Below, piece after piece: positions 1 through 7,978 of a stretch of DNA of 18,703 nt; positions within the stretch are counted from its first letter, which is position 1; each line of letters opens with the position of its first letter. Source of the DNA: Myxococcota bacterium. GTDB lineage: Bacteria > Myxococcota_A > UBA796 > CAJQPC01. A program made the translations under genes and the position numbers. The notes below the pieces were generated by a model. The model worked only from the letters and a program-made list of their open reading frames with translations. It had not been told where the DNA came from and ran no database searches. The stretch lies in assembly GCA_036012755.1 (NCBI GenBank), contig DASCPX010000044.1, positions 1 to 18,703 of the forward strand, written 5' to 3'.

Positions 1-251
1 GGCACCTGGCAGCAGAGGGAAGCCGCCCTGCTGAGGATCGATGAGGTGGGGCGGCGTCAATGGCGCAAGGAGTCCGGCGCGCACCAACAAGCTCGAGCCG
101 AGAATGGGATGTATCGATTCAAACAGATCCTCGGCCCCGACTCCGCTCACGGTCCGAAGAAGGGCAGAGGAGGGAAGCGATGATCGGTGTGAACATCCTC
201 AATCGCATGACCGAGCTCGGGATGCCTGAATCGCGGGCTGTCCGAAGCTAA
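1..251 (+). pseudogene. IS5/IS903-group DDE transposase, C-terminal part, frameshifted at ~135-138
   Basis: Frame +1 reads ...GRRQWRKESGAHQQARAENGMYRFKQILGP and frame +3 continues RLRSRSEEGQRREAMIGVNILNRMTELGMPESRAVRS*. Together they match the IS903-type tail (WK..Y.RRS..E..M.R.K...G..L..R....Q..E......LN.MT..GMPES). One extra C in ggccccga restores the frame. Confidence 0.8.
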
Positions 252-294
252 AACTCCGAGAGAGCCGCTCAGTGGCCCGATCCGGCCTCGCTCG

Positions 295-312
295 GAGCCG
301 TGCAACAACGCC
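295..312. repeat. Right terminal inverted repeat of the IS5 element
   Basis: Reverse complement GGCGTTGTTGCACGGCTC has the GGC-terminal pattern of IS903-group ends and lies ~45-60 bp after the transposase stop. The partner IR is outside the window. Confidence 0.7.
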
Positions 313-413
313 ACGTGGTCCACCATTCGACAAACTCTTAATAAATAACTAAGCTGGTGTTTTATCGGCTTATCAATCAATTTTATGTCCTGGTAATTGG
401 AGGAGGCCACATC

Positions 414-881
414 TTGAGCGACACGACAAAATCCCAGGTGTTTAAGGCGGTTAAGCTGTGTTTTAGATTTCTTGTCGGGGGGAGTGGCCATGTTGCCGGA
501 TACCGCCTTTTGGAATCGACCTTTAAAATAACCGGCAAAAAAGGTCTAAAAGGAGGCCTTACAGAATATGGGTTCACCGTTGTCGGTGAGTATATGTCTG
601 AATTTTCAGGGGAAATGACAGAGGGTGGAATGACGAATACAGACCTCTCGAAGCCGTCAGAAGAGTTAAAGGGTAAAATTGTCCTGGACAGTTTGTTTAA
701 CTTAACCCGGAAAAAATCAGGGAAAATCAGATTGAGTCCCTGGGATTGCCTCGATCCGGATAAAGCAGGTCAACAGAGGGGGACTTCTTCTGGTAAAAAA
801 AATATAGTCACTTTATCTGACAGGGACAAAGAGGTTTTAGTGCGGGCCATGGGGATAATTAAAGGGGAAAGTGACGAATAG
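414..881 (+). CDS. Hypothetical protein (155 aa) in a low-GC foreign segment
   Basis: GGAGGAGG (399-406) sits 7 nt before TTG at 414, in frame with track ORF 357..881. Codons are AT-rich and no motif is recognised. Confidence 0.5.
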   Translation: MSDTTKSQVFKAVKLCFRFLVGGSGHVAGYRLLESTFKITGKKGLKGGLTEYGFTVVGEYMSEFSGEMTEGGMTNTDLSKPSEELKGKIVLDSLFNLTRKKSGKIRLSPWDCLDPDKAGQQRGTSSGKKNIVTLSDRDKEVLVRAMGIIKGESDE

Positions 882-985
882 GGAATAGAATTTTTGTCCT
901 TATGCCATTGGGCAATTTCTTTTTGAAGGTCACGTTGCAGGTCTTTCGAATCATCCTCATCCAAATAGTACCAATCAGTATCATC

Positions 986-1300
986 TAAGGGACTGGCATA
1001 GAATTAATCACCTGACTTTTTCTGATTCGGCTTGCGTTTCTCCGTGGTCGTGTGATCTTCCTGGCATGAGACGAAACCATGAAGCCGAAGCCCTCGAGTC
1101 GTTGCTCGATGAGCGTACCCGAAGGCTGTGGGCCGCCACTGAGTCCAGGGCCCTCGGATACGGCGGAATTGCCACTGTGTCGCGAGCTACGGGCCTCAAC
1201 CCAAGGACCATACGCGTGTAGGCGCGCACTGAGATCGGCCATCAGCCGACAACTCGCCCGACTTCGCTGAATGATGGACGGAAACCACGATCGAGTCTTG
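986..1300 (+). mobile_element. ISAzo13-family insertion sequence remnant (left end plus degenerate transposase N-terminus)
   Basis: Transposase fragment at 1066-1221, and the same frame reads a degenerate ...DGRKP at ~1273-1287 (family GGGRK motif). Candidate left end TAAGGGACTGGCATAGAATTAA at 986-1007 lies near the low-GC/high-GC transition. Boundaries are approximate. Confidence 0.65.
1066..1221 (+). pseudogene. ISAzo13-family (Rhodopirellula-type DDE) transposase N-terminal fragment, 51 aa
   Basis: Manual translation MRRNHEAEALESLLDERTRRLWAATESRALGYGGIATVSRATGLNPRTIRV* matches the family N-terminal HTH signature LDER.RRL.AA.EA..LG.GG...VSRATG..R.TI. It is too short for the supplied ORF track. 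Confidence 0.85.
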
Positions 1301-1488
1301 GGACACCACGGCCTTGGTCCCAGTCCCCTTCGTGCCCTCGGCCTGCTCCCTGTCTGGGCCTCGTCGTCGGCCTCTCCCCGGACCTCGACGTAGTGCCGGT
1401 CGATGTGCCGACCACGGGTGAGAAGGTGCTGGCCGACCCCGGCTCCAAGGCCTCGAGCACAGCCGTTGGCGATCGCGGCCCATCCGAC

Positions 1489-2739
1489 TCACTCCGCCCA
1501 CCAGGGCGACGCCCACGCGCGCTGCTCCACCCCGTCCACCGACGCTCGGATCCGCAGGTAGAACACGTCTGTCGAGGCCAGGGTCATCGACTCCGGCTCC
1601 TCCTCCACCGTCCCGCTCGCCGACACCAGCTCCCAGGTCCAGTCGTCCACCCCGGAGACCGAGACCGTCAGCGGCCACTGGCCGATCTCCAAGGCGCGGC
1701 CTGGCAGCTCTTCACCCGCCAGCGCCGTGATCTCCATCGGCCACGAGGCAGCGATGGTGCGCTTGTCGAGCAGGGCGTCGAAGACCTCTTCTCGCTCCAG
1801 CGACTCCACCCAGATCCCCGTGACACCGCCCGCGAAGGGGTGTGGCAAGGCCGTCTCCAGCAGGCCGTCCGAGTCCATGTCCACGTACAGACCGCTGGGA
1901 CCCGGGCCGTCGCTCAGGGACCCGGGTCGGGCGTCGTGGGAGTCCGTACCAGCCAGCAAGCCCGGTCGCTGTCCGGCTGCCAGCGCCGCCTGCAGGCTGC
2001 CCGAGCCATCGTGGAACTCCGAGAGCCCCCAGGCGCAGCCCTCGGAGAGCGGGTCGCGGCACTCGGAGCTGCCGTGCTCGCTGTGGACCTCCAACAGCAC
2101 CTCGTCCTCTGGGCCCGCGGCGTGACCCCAGTCCACCGACGCCGGGGTCGTCATGGCCGAGTGGTGGACGAAGGACAGCCAGCGGGTCGAGCAGGCCTCG
2201 ACCTCTGCCAGTCGCGAGTAGAGCTTGTCGGTGTTGCCAGCCGGCTCGTTGGGGTTCTCCCCGTAGACCTCCAGGCCGAGCTCGTCCTTCTGTCCGACCA
2301 GCTGGCAGCTGGGCACGCGCAGCTCCTCGCAAGCCCCTGGGGACTCGAAGACCACCGTGCGGTGGATGCCCTGGGCGTCGACGCAGTGGGCGGTCCACTC
2401 GTAGCCGGGGAAGACGACGAGCCCATCTGGCGCCGACTGGATGATCTCCAAGGTCCGAGGCCAGATCTCGTGGCCCACCCCGGTGGACAGGTCGGTGTAG
2501 GTGGAGAACTCCGCGTGGTCGGTCAGGGCAAGCACCGACAGCCCGTTCTGAAGCGCCGTATCGAGCACGTCCGCCGCGGGCATGCCCGGCTCGCGGGACA
2601 CGCAGCCCTCGCCGTTGGCCTCGCAGCCGTCCATGGAGAGGTTGGTGTGGGCGTGGAGATCGGCCCAGACGAGCCGGAGCCCCAGGGCCTCCGAGTCCAC
2701 GATCGTGGCGGGTCGACACGCCAACAGGGCCCACAGCAT
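1489..2739 (-). CDS. PHP-fold metallohydrolase lipoprotein (CehA/McbA / DUF3604-like), 416 aa
   Basis: Motifs WADLHAHTNLSMDG, LTDHAE, PGYEWT, HRTVVF, LLEVHSEHG, AGTDSHDARPG and GGVTGIW...REEVFDAL..RT.A. N-terminal lipobox LLAC; GC3-rich codons. Confidence 0.85.
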   Translation of the reverse strand: MLWALLACRPATIVDSEALGLRLVWADLHAHTNLSMDGCEANGEGCVSREPGMPAADVLDTALQNGLSVLALTDHAEFSTYTDLSTGVGHEIWPRTLEIIQSAPDGLVVFPGYEWTAHCVDAQGIHRTVVFESPGACEELRVPSCQLVGQKDELGLEVYGENPNEPAGNTDKLYSRLAEVEACSTRWLSFVHHSAMTTPASVDWGHAAGPEDEVLLEVHSEHGSSECRDPLSEGCAWGLSEFHDGSGSLQAALAAGQRPGLLAGTDSHDARPGSLSDGPGPSGLYVDMDSDGLLETALPHPFAGGVTGIWVESLEREEVFDALLDKRTIAASWPMEITALAGEELPGRALEIGQWPLTVSVSGVDDWTWELVSASGTVEEEPESMTLASTDVFYLRIRASVDGVEQRAWASPWWAE

Positions 2740-2744
2740 GCCGC

Positions 2745-2750
2745 AGGTTA
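2745..2750 (-). promoter_or_regulatory. Putative -10 element (TAACCT) of a leaderless transcript for 1489..2739
   Basis: TAnnnT 5 nt before the ATG, no SD, within a 20-bp divergent intergenic gap. Confidence 0.5.
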
Positions 2751-2759
2751 GATCGCCTC

Positions 2760-3812
2760 ATGCGCGAGCACATCCGCTCCACCGTGTCCTCCGGCGGACG
2801 CATCTCGCGGGAGTTGGCGACCTGGCTCTACCAGGAGGCCGACGACGCCCTGCTGAAGGAGCTCGCCGGCACCGTCCGAGCCCGCTTCCACCCTCCGAGA
2901 CGAGCCACCTACCTGAAGATGGCCATCGTCAACTACACGAACGTCTGCGTCGCCCGCTGCGACTACTGCGCCTTCTACCGTTTCCCCGGCGACCCGGAGA
3001 GCTACCTCCTGTCCACCGAGCAGGTCTGCGCGAAGATCGAGGCGCTCGTCGCTCACGGCGGCACCCTGGTCGGCTTCAACGGCGGCTTCCATCCGGATCT
3101 GCATATCGAGCACTACACAGAGCTCTTCCGCACGGTCCGGGCCCGCTACCCCGACGTCGAGTTCTACGAGATGACCGTCGCCGAGTTCATGTTCGTGACC
3201 AAGCGACAGGGCCTCGACTACGACGAGTCCGCCCGTCGCTTCCACCAGGCCGGAACGCGCTGGATCACCGGCGGCGGGGCAGAGGTGCTCGACGACGCCT
3301 TCCGCCTCCGACACAGCCCGGCCAAGTACAAGGTCGACGACTTCTACGAGGCCCAGCGCGCCCTGATCCGAAACGGCGTCGGCACGACCGCGACCATGGT
3401 CATCGGCTTCGACGAGACCCTCGACGAGCGCATGAACCACCTCGAGCGACTCAGGGACTTCCAGGACGAGCTCGGAGTCCTTCCGAGCTTCCTGTGCTGG
3501 ACCTACAAGCCCCACAACACCGACCTCGCTGGCGAGGAGGTCCCGCTGTCGGAGTACCTGCGCTGGCTCGCCGTCTGCCGCGTCTACCTCGACAACATCG
3601 AGCACATCCGGACCAGCGTGCTCACCCGCAACGCCGACGCCATGCTCGGGCTGCTGTACGGCGCCGACGACTTCGACCTGCCCACCGAGGACGAGGTCAC
3701 CCAGATGGCCGGGGCGACGATCTCCCACGACTTCGAGATCATCCTGCAGAGCGCCCGCCAGCTCGGCTTCGAGCCCGTCGCGCGAGCGCCGCTGACGCCT
3801 CAGGAGTCCTGA
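2760..3812 (+). CDS. mqnC: Radical SAM enzyme of the CofH/MqnC family (dehypoxanthine futalosine cyclase-like), 350 aa
   Basis: NYTNVCVARCDYCAFYR (CX3CX2C), GG.HPDL, GGGAEVLDD, TATM..G..ET..ER..HL..LR..QD, YLR.LA..R.YLDN, LYGADDF. The family is clear; the exact MqnC assignment is less certain. Confidence 0.75.
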   Translation: MREHIRSTVSSGGRISRELATWLYQEADDALLKELAGTVRARFHPPRRATYLKMAIVNYTNVCVARCDYCAFYRFPGDPESYLLSTEQVCAKIEALVAHGGTLVGFNGGFHPDLHIEHYTELFRTVRARYPDVEFYEMTVAEFMFVTKRQGLDYDESARRFHQAGTRWITGGGAEVLDDAFRLRHSPAKYKVDDFYEAQRALIRNGVGTTATMVIGFDETLDERMNHLERLRDFQDELGVLPSFLCWTYKPHNTDLAGEEVPLSEYLRWLAVCRVYLDNIEHIRTSVLTRNADAMLGLLYGADDFDLPTEDEVTQMAGATISHDFEIILQSARQLGFEPVARAPLTPQES

Positions 3813-4471
3813 GCTTCGCCCCGCTTCTCCATGCGCCCGAGGGCCTCTCGAGCCCGCCGCCCGTCGTCGTGCTCCTCGTCCTCTGCGGCGGCGAGGAACT
3901 GCTCGCGCGCCTCCTCCTTTCGCCCCGTGACGCGGCAGACGACGCCCAGGTTGTAGTGGGCCGCCGTGTCCCCCGGCTTCATGCGCAGGGCCTCGCGGTA
4001 CTTGTCCTCTGCCAGCTCGACCTCGCCGTCCTGCCAGTAGTCGAGCCCCTCGCGCACCTTGTTGCTGGCCTCGTGCACGATCTCGATGTCGATGACCGCC
4101 TTGATGCCCAGGTTGGTGACGACGAGCACCAGCGGCCCGGTCCAGAAGACGGTGGCGACCTCTCCTGCGACGACGAGCCCCAGCGGGATGTCGGGCCCGA
4201 TCTGCTTGCCCCGGAACTTCAGGCGGATCTTGGTGTACCTGCCCTGGTCGTAGATCGAGCGCAGCTTCTCGCCAAGGTTCTCCAGCGACTCGTCCAGGTG
4301 GTCGGGGTCGATCTCGACCTTCATGTTGTCGCTGGCCCATTCCTGGGCCTTCTCGGCGCGCGCGGCGGTCTTCTTGCGGGTCTTCTCGGACCACTCCCCC
4401 AGCTTCTTCCCCGCCTCCTCCGTCCACTTGCGGACGCTCTCGGCTGCCTTGTCGAAGTCACGCTCGGGCAT
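3800..4471 (-). CDS. TPR-containing protein with a DUF4342-like central domain, 223 aa
   Basis: True start is ATG 4471 after GGAGAG; the longer track ORF runs antisense into the next gene. Central segment KLRSIYDQGRYTKIRLKFRGKQIGPDIPLG plus a hydrophobic stretch; TPR AEDKYREALRMKPGDTAAHYNLGVV. Confidence 0.8.
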   Translation of the reverse strand: MPERDFDKAAESVRKWTEEAGKKLGEWSEKTRKKTAARAEKAQEWASDNMKVEIDPDHLDESLENLGEKLRSIYDQGRYTKIRLKFRGKQIGPDIPLGLVVAGEVATVFWTGPLVLVVTNLGIKAVIDIEIVHEASNKVREGLDYWQDGEVELAEDKYREALRMKPGDTAAHYNLGVVCRVTGRKEEAREQFLAAAEDEEHDDGRRAREALGRMEKRGEAQDS

Positions 4472-4527
4472 GCAGTCTCTCCGCTGTCGGGACCTAGGTG
4501 TACACCGGCCACGTCCTGACAACCACG

Positions 4528-4533
4528 TAGGAT
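4528..4533 (+). promoter_or_regulatory. Putative -10 element (TAGGAT) of a leaderless transcript for 4541..7249
   Basis: TAnnnT 7 nt before the ATG with no clear SD. An in-frame TGA at 4517-4519 prevents N-terminal extension. Confidence 0.45.
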
Positions 4534-4540
4534 CCCCTGC

Positions 4541-7249
4541 ATGTGGTTGATCTCCGTCGCGCTGGCCCAGAACTCCTCCGATGAATGGAGGACCGTCGAG
4601 ACCGATCACTACCGCCTGCACTACCCGCTGCAGGCCGAAGCATGGGCGCTCCAGACGGCCTCCCAGATGGACGACATCCGCGCCAGGACATCCGAGGAGA
4701 TCGGCTACGCGCCACCACAGATCATCGACGTCGTCGTCATGGATCCCTACGTCCAGTCCAACGGCTGGGCGCTGCCGAGCCTGCGCCGACCCCGCATGGG
4801 CCTCTATGCCTCGCCCCCTCCGGCTCACTCCGGGCTCGGCCACTATCGCAGCTGGAGCGAGGACCTCGTCGTGCACGAGGACGCCCACCAGGTCCACTTG
4901 CTGATCCCCTCGCGCCACCCGGTCTTCGACGGGCTGGCCTACTGGACCATCGGCTATGGCCCGCTGTCGAGGAAGTCCCCACGCTGGGTGGCAGAGGGCT
5001 ACGCGACGGTGATCGAGGGGCGCCTGACCGGCTGGGGTCGCCCGAACTCCAGGGGCCGCCAGGTCTTCCTCGCGACCCTTGCCCGCTATGGCGTGTTCCC
5101 GACCTACGACGAGCTGGACTTCTCCAATCGGTGGCAGGGCCGGGGGTACGCCTACCTCATCGGCAGCGCCTACCTCGAGTGGCTGGAGGCGACCTACGGT
5201 CAGGACAGCGTGCGCCAGCTGTGGGTCGCCATGAGCGCAAAGGACTCCCGCGACTTCGACGAGGCCTTCGAGGCGGTCTACGGCGAGGATCCGGCGACGC
5301 TGTACCAGCACTTCACTGCCTGGGTGACCTTCGGCGCCGTCTGGCCCGAGGTCTGGGGCGAGCCCCTCGAGGACAGCGTGTGGCTCGAGCTGGAGGGCAC
5401 GACCAGCGCCCCGACGCTCTCCCGTGATGGCAAGCGCATCGCGTTCGTCGACGAGTCCGGACTGGCCCCGCGGCTGACCGTCATGTCACTGGCCGAGGAC
5501 GAAGAGGCCCGAGAGGAGTGGGAAGAGGCCGACGCCGGGCGTCTCGAGGAGGACCCGGACGACATCCTGCTCGAGCCGCCGAGGCACTTCCACGCAGAGG
5601 TCGAGTACCGGCGAGCCCGCCCGGATCGGGCCGCGAACTTCCCTCGCTGGGTCGGCGACGACCTGTTGTTCACCAGCTGGTGGCTGGACGAGGGCGGCAA
5701 CTACGTGCCGGATCTCTTCCTGTGGACCCCCGGCCGAGGCGAGCGGCGGGTGACCACCGACGCGGCCGTGATCTACGCCGACCCCCACCCGAACCTCCGG
5801 TCGGCGGTCGGCGTGCGCACCCGCTGGGGCAGCTCCCAGCTGGTCGAGGTCGACCTGAAGACCGGCGCGGTCACCGAACTCACGGAGCCACGCGCCGACG
5901 TCGTCCACGACGCCCCCCGCTTCGATCCCGACGGCGAGTCCATCGTCTACCTCCTCGACGACGCGACCGGCGGCTGGCGGCTCATCCACCGGGACCTCGA
6001 CAGCGGCGAGGAGCGGGAGCTGGAGCTCCCCCTCGGCGTCACGCCCACCAGCCCCGAGTGGGCCCCCGATGGCCAGTCCGTCTACGTCAGCATCGGCGAC
6101 GAGATCTGGAGTGTTCCCCTCGACGGGGGCGCGACCGAGGTCGTCGTCAAGCGCGTCACCGGCGCCTTCGCTCCAGCAGCAGAGCGTGACGGGAGCGGGC
6201 TCTTCTTCCTCTCCATGCACCCCGACGGCCTCGACCTCCACCGGGTCGCCCTCGAGGGCCGCGAGCGGTCGCCGGTGCTCATCGACGCCATGGACGAGCC
6301 GCCACCGCCGCCGGAGAAGGAGGCGGTGACCCCGGGCCGGTACGCCCCTGGGCTGCCCTACCTGGCCCCCCTGGCTGGGGCGGCCTTCGACCACACCAGC
6401 TGGTCCGCGGACCTGGGCTTCCACGTCTCCGATCGGGCAGGCCGCGCCGAGCTGATCGGCTGGGTGACCGCCGACGGCGACGGGCTGCCGGGGGGCTCCT
6501 TGTTCATGGCGAACCACTGGTTCCCGGTGCGACTCGGGGCCGGAGTCGCCTTCGACGGCCTGAAGGATGATCGGCACGCGCTGTTGCTGCTCTCGGTCGC
6601 CCGGGACGAGCGCTGGGACGGCGGCGTGGGCTGGGCCGAAGTGGGAGCGTGGACACGGGATCAAGGCGACGCGGTCGGCTTCATCCGGGGCGGCGCGGGC
6701 CACGAGCAGTGGTTCGGCCCCGGATTCGCGCGAGGCGGGCTCGACCTGCACGCCCAAGGTGGTCAGGAAGCGGGCGGGCTCTGGGATCTGCGCGCCTCTC
6801 TCGGCGGTGGGGTGTGGGGCGTCGGGCTCGTCGGAAGCGCTGGAGTGGGTTCCTCGGGCGGATCTCCGTTCCAGGTAGGGGGCACGAACCGGAGCTCCCT
6901 GCTCGGCGGCACCGCCTCCCAGCTCCTCTTCGTCCCCGGTCTGCCGAAGGGCTCCCTGGTCGCCAGCCGCCACCAGGTGACTCGGGTGGAGCTCGTGACC
7001 CCAGTCGCCGTCAGCCTCTTCGGCGAGCGTCACGTGGACCTCGACGACGGCGACGCGGTCTCCTTCGTGGGTGTCGGCGTGCGGGAAGAGTCACCGCCGA
7101 TCCCCATGGACATGCGACCGAGCCTGGACCTCGACACCGGGATCGGCTGCCAGCTCGAGTACGCCTCCGGCCCATCTCCCACCCCGTGCGGCAGGCTCGA
7201 GGACTACCGTTTCTGGCTCTCGGCCACGTGGAAGCCCCGGATCGAGTAG
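4541..7249 (+). CDS. Exported multidomain protein: gluzincin-like (peptidase MA) domain + TolB/PD40 beta-propeller + probable C-terminal outer-membrane beta-barrel, 902 aa
   Basis: WRTVETDHYRLHY start, VVHEDAHQVH (HExxH) and PRWVAEGYA (third-ligand Glu). PD40-like repeats PTLSRDGKRIAF, PRFDPDGESIVY and PEWAPDGQSVYV. The C-terminal ~290 aa are Gly/aromatic alternating strands ending YRFWLSATW. Confidence 0.8.
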   Translation: MWLISVALAQNSSDEWRTVETDHYRLHYPLQAEAWALQTASQMDDIRARTSEEIGYAPPQIIDVVVMDPYVQSNGWALPSLRRPRMGLYASPPPAHSGLGHYRSWSEDLVVHEDAHQVHLLIPSRHPVFDGLAYWTIGYGPLSRKSPRWVAEGYATVIEGRLTGWGRPNSRGRQVFLATLARYGVFPTYDELDFSNRWQGRGYAYLIGSAYLEWLEATYGQDSVRQLWVAMSAKDSRDFDEAFEAVYGEDPATLYQHFTAWVTFGAVWPEVWGEPLEDSVWLELEGTTSAPTLSRDGKRIAFVDESGLAPRLTVMSLAEDEEAREEWEEADAGRLEEDPDDILLEPPRHFHAEVEYRRARPDRAANFPRWVGDDLLFTSWWLDEGGNYVPDLFLWTPGRGERRVTTDAAVIYADPHPNLRSAVGVRTRWGSSQLVEVDLKTGAVTELTEPRADVVHDAPRFDPDGESIVYLLDDATGGWRLIHRDLDSGEERELELPLGVTPTSPEWAPDGQSVYVSIGDEIWSVPLDGGATEVVVKRVTGAFAPAAERDGSGLFFLSMHPDGLDLHRVALEGRERSPVLIDAMDEPPPPPEKEAVTPGRYAPGLPYLAPLAGAAFDHTSWSADLGFHVSDRAGRAELIGWVTADGDGLPGGSLFMANHWFPVRLGAGVAFDGLKDDRHALLLLSVARDERWDGGVGWAEVGAWTRDQGDAVGFIRGGAGHEQWFGPGFARGGLDLHAQGGQEAGGLWDLRASLGGGVWGVGLVGSAGVGSSGGSPFQVGGTNRSSLLGGTASQLLFVPGLPKGSLVASRHQVTRVELVTPVAVSLFGERHVDLDDGDAVSFVGVGVREESPPIPMDMRPSLDLDTGIGCQLEYASGPSPTPCGRLEDYRFWLSATWKPRIE

Positions 7250-7258
7250 TAGGGCCCC

Positions 7259-7978
7259 ATGGACGCCATCGTCACCGGCAGCTCACGGGGCATCGGCCGC
7301 GCCATCGCGGTCCGCCTCGCCCGACACGGCGGCACGATCGTCGTGAACTTCCTCGTGAACGAGGACAAGGCCCAAGAGACCGCGGAGCTCGTGCGCGAGG
7401 CAGGCGGCCAGGCGATCGTGGTGCAGGCAAACGTGCGGGACCCGAAGAACCTCGCCCGACTCGCCGCGACCTTGGAGCGCTACGACGTGCTCGTCCACAA
7501 CGCGGCGATCGGGGTGCTCAAGCCCTACGACCAGATCCGACCGAACCAGTGGGACCTCACCCTGGAGTCCTCGGCGAAGCCCTTCTGGCTGCTCACGAAG
7601 ATGGTCGGAGAGCGGCTGGTCGACGGCGGCGCCATGGTCGGGCTCTCCTCGCTGGGCTCTCGCAAGCACGTGCCCGGCTACGCGGCCATGGGCGCGGCGA
7701 AGGGGGCGCTGGAGGCACTCACCCGCCAGCTGGCGGTGGAGCTCGCACCCAGGCGGATCCGCGTCAATACGGTCTGCGGCGGCCTCGTGGACACGGACGC
7801 GCTGAACTACTTCCCCGACCGGGACGCCATGGTCGAAGCGGCCAACCACTACACCCCCCTGGGCCGCGTCGGCGAGCCAGAGGACATCGCCAAGGCAGTC
7901 GAACTCCTGCTCCTGCCCCAGGCGAGCTGGATCACGGGGCAGGTCCTCATCGCGGACGGCGGGTGGTCCCTCTTGTAG
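7259..7978 (+). CDS. fabL: SDR-family oxidoreductase, FabL-like enoyl-ACP reductase, 239 aa
   Basis: TGSSRGIG cofactor motif, HNAAIGVLKP, catalytic Y-x6-K (YAAMGAAKGALEALTR..AVELAP), RVNTVCGG.VDTDAL..FP and WITGQVLIADGG, all FabL-like features. Confidence 0.75.
   Translation: MDAIVTGSSRGIGRAIAVRLARHGGTIVVNFLVNEDKAQETAELVREAGGQAIVVQANVRDPKNLARLAATLERYDVLVHNAAIGVLKPYDQIRPNQWDLTLESSAKPFWLLTKMVGERLVDGGAMVGLSSLGSRKHVPGYAAMGAAKGALEALTRQLAVELAPRRIRVNTVCGGLVDTDALNYFPDRDAMVEAANHYTPLGRVGEPEDIAKAVELLLLPQASWITGQVLIADGGWSLL

Larger units (their letters stand above)
1..312 (+). mobile_element. Right end of an IS5-family (IS903-group) insertion sequence, cut by the window edge
   Basis: Transposase C-terminus at 1-251 is followed by a terminal sequence whose reverse complement is GGCGTTGTTGCA (301-312), resembling the IS903 IR GGCTTTGTTGAA. 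GC content drops sharply shortly after 312. Confidence 0.85.

Noticed and set aside
1350..1440. Minus-strand peptide GQHLLTRGRHIDRHYVEVRGEADDEAQ faintly resembling an RsuA/RluB pseudouridine synthase segment
   Set aside because: Too short, no start codon and no catalytic GRLD motif; cannot be supported without a search.
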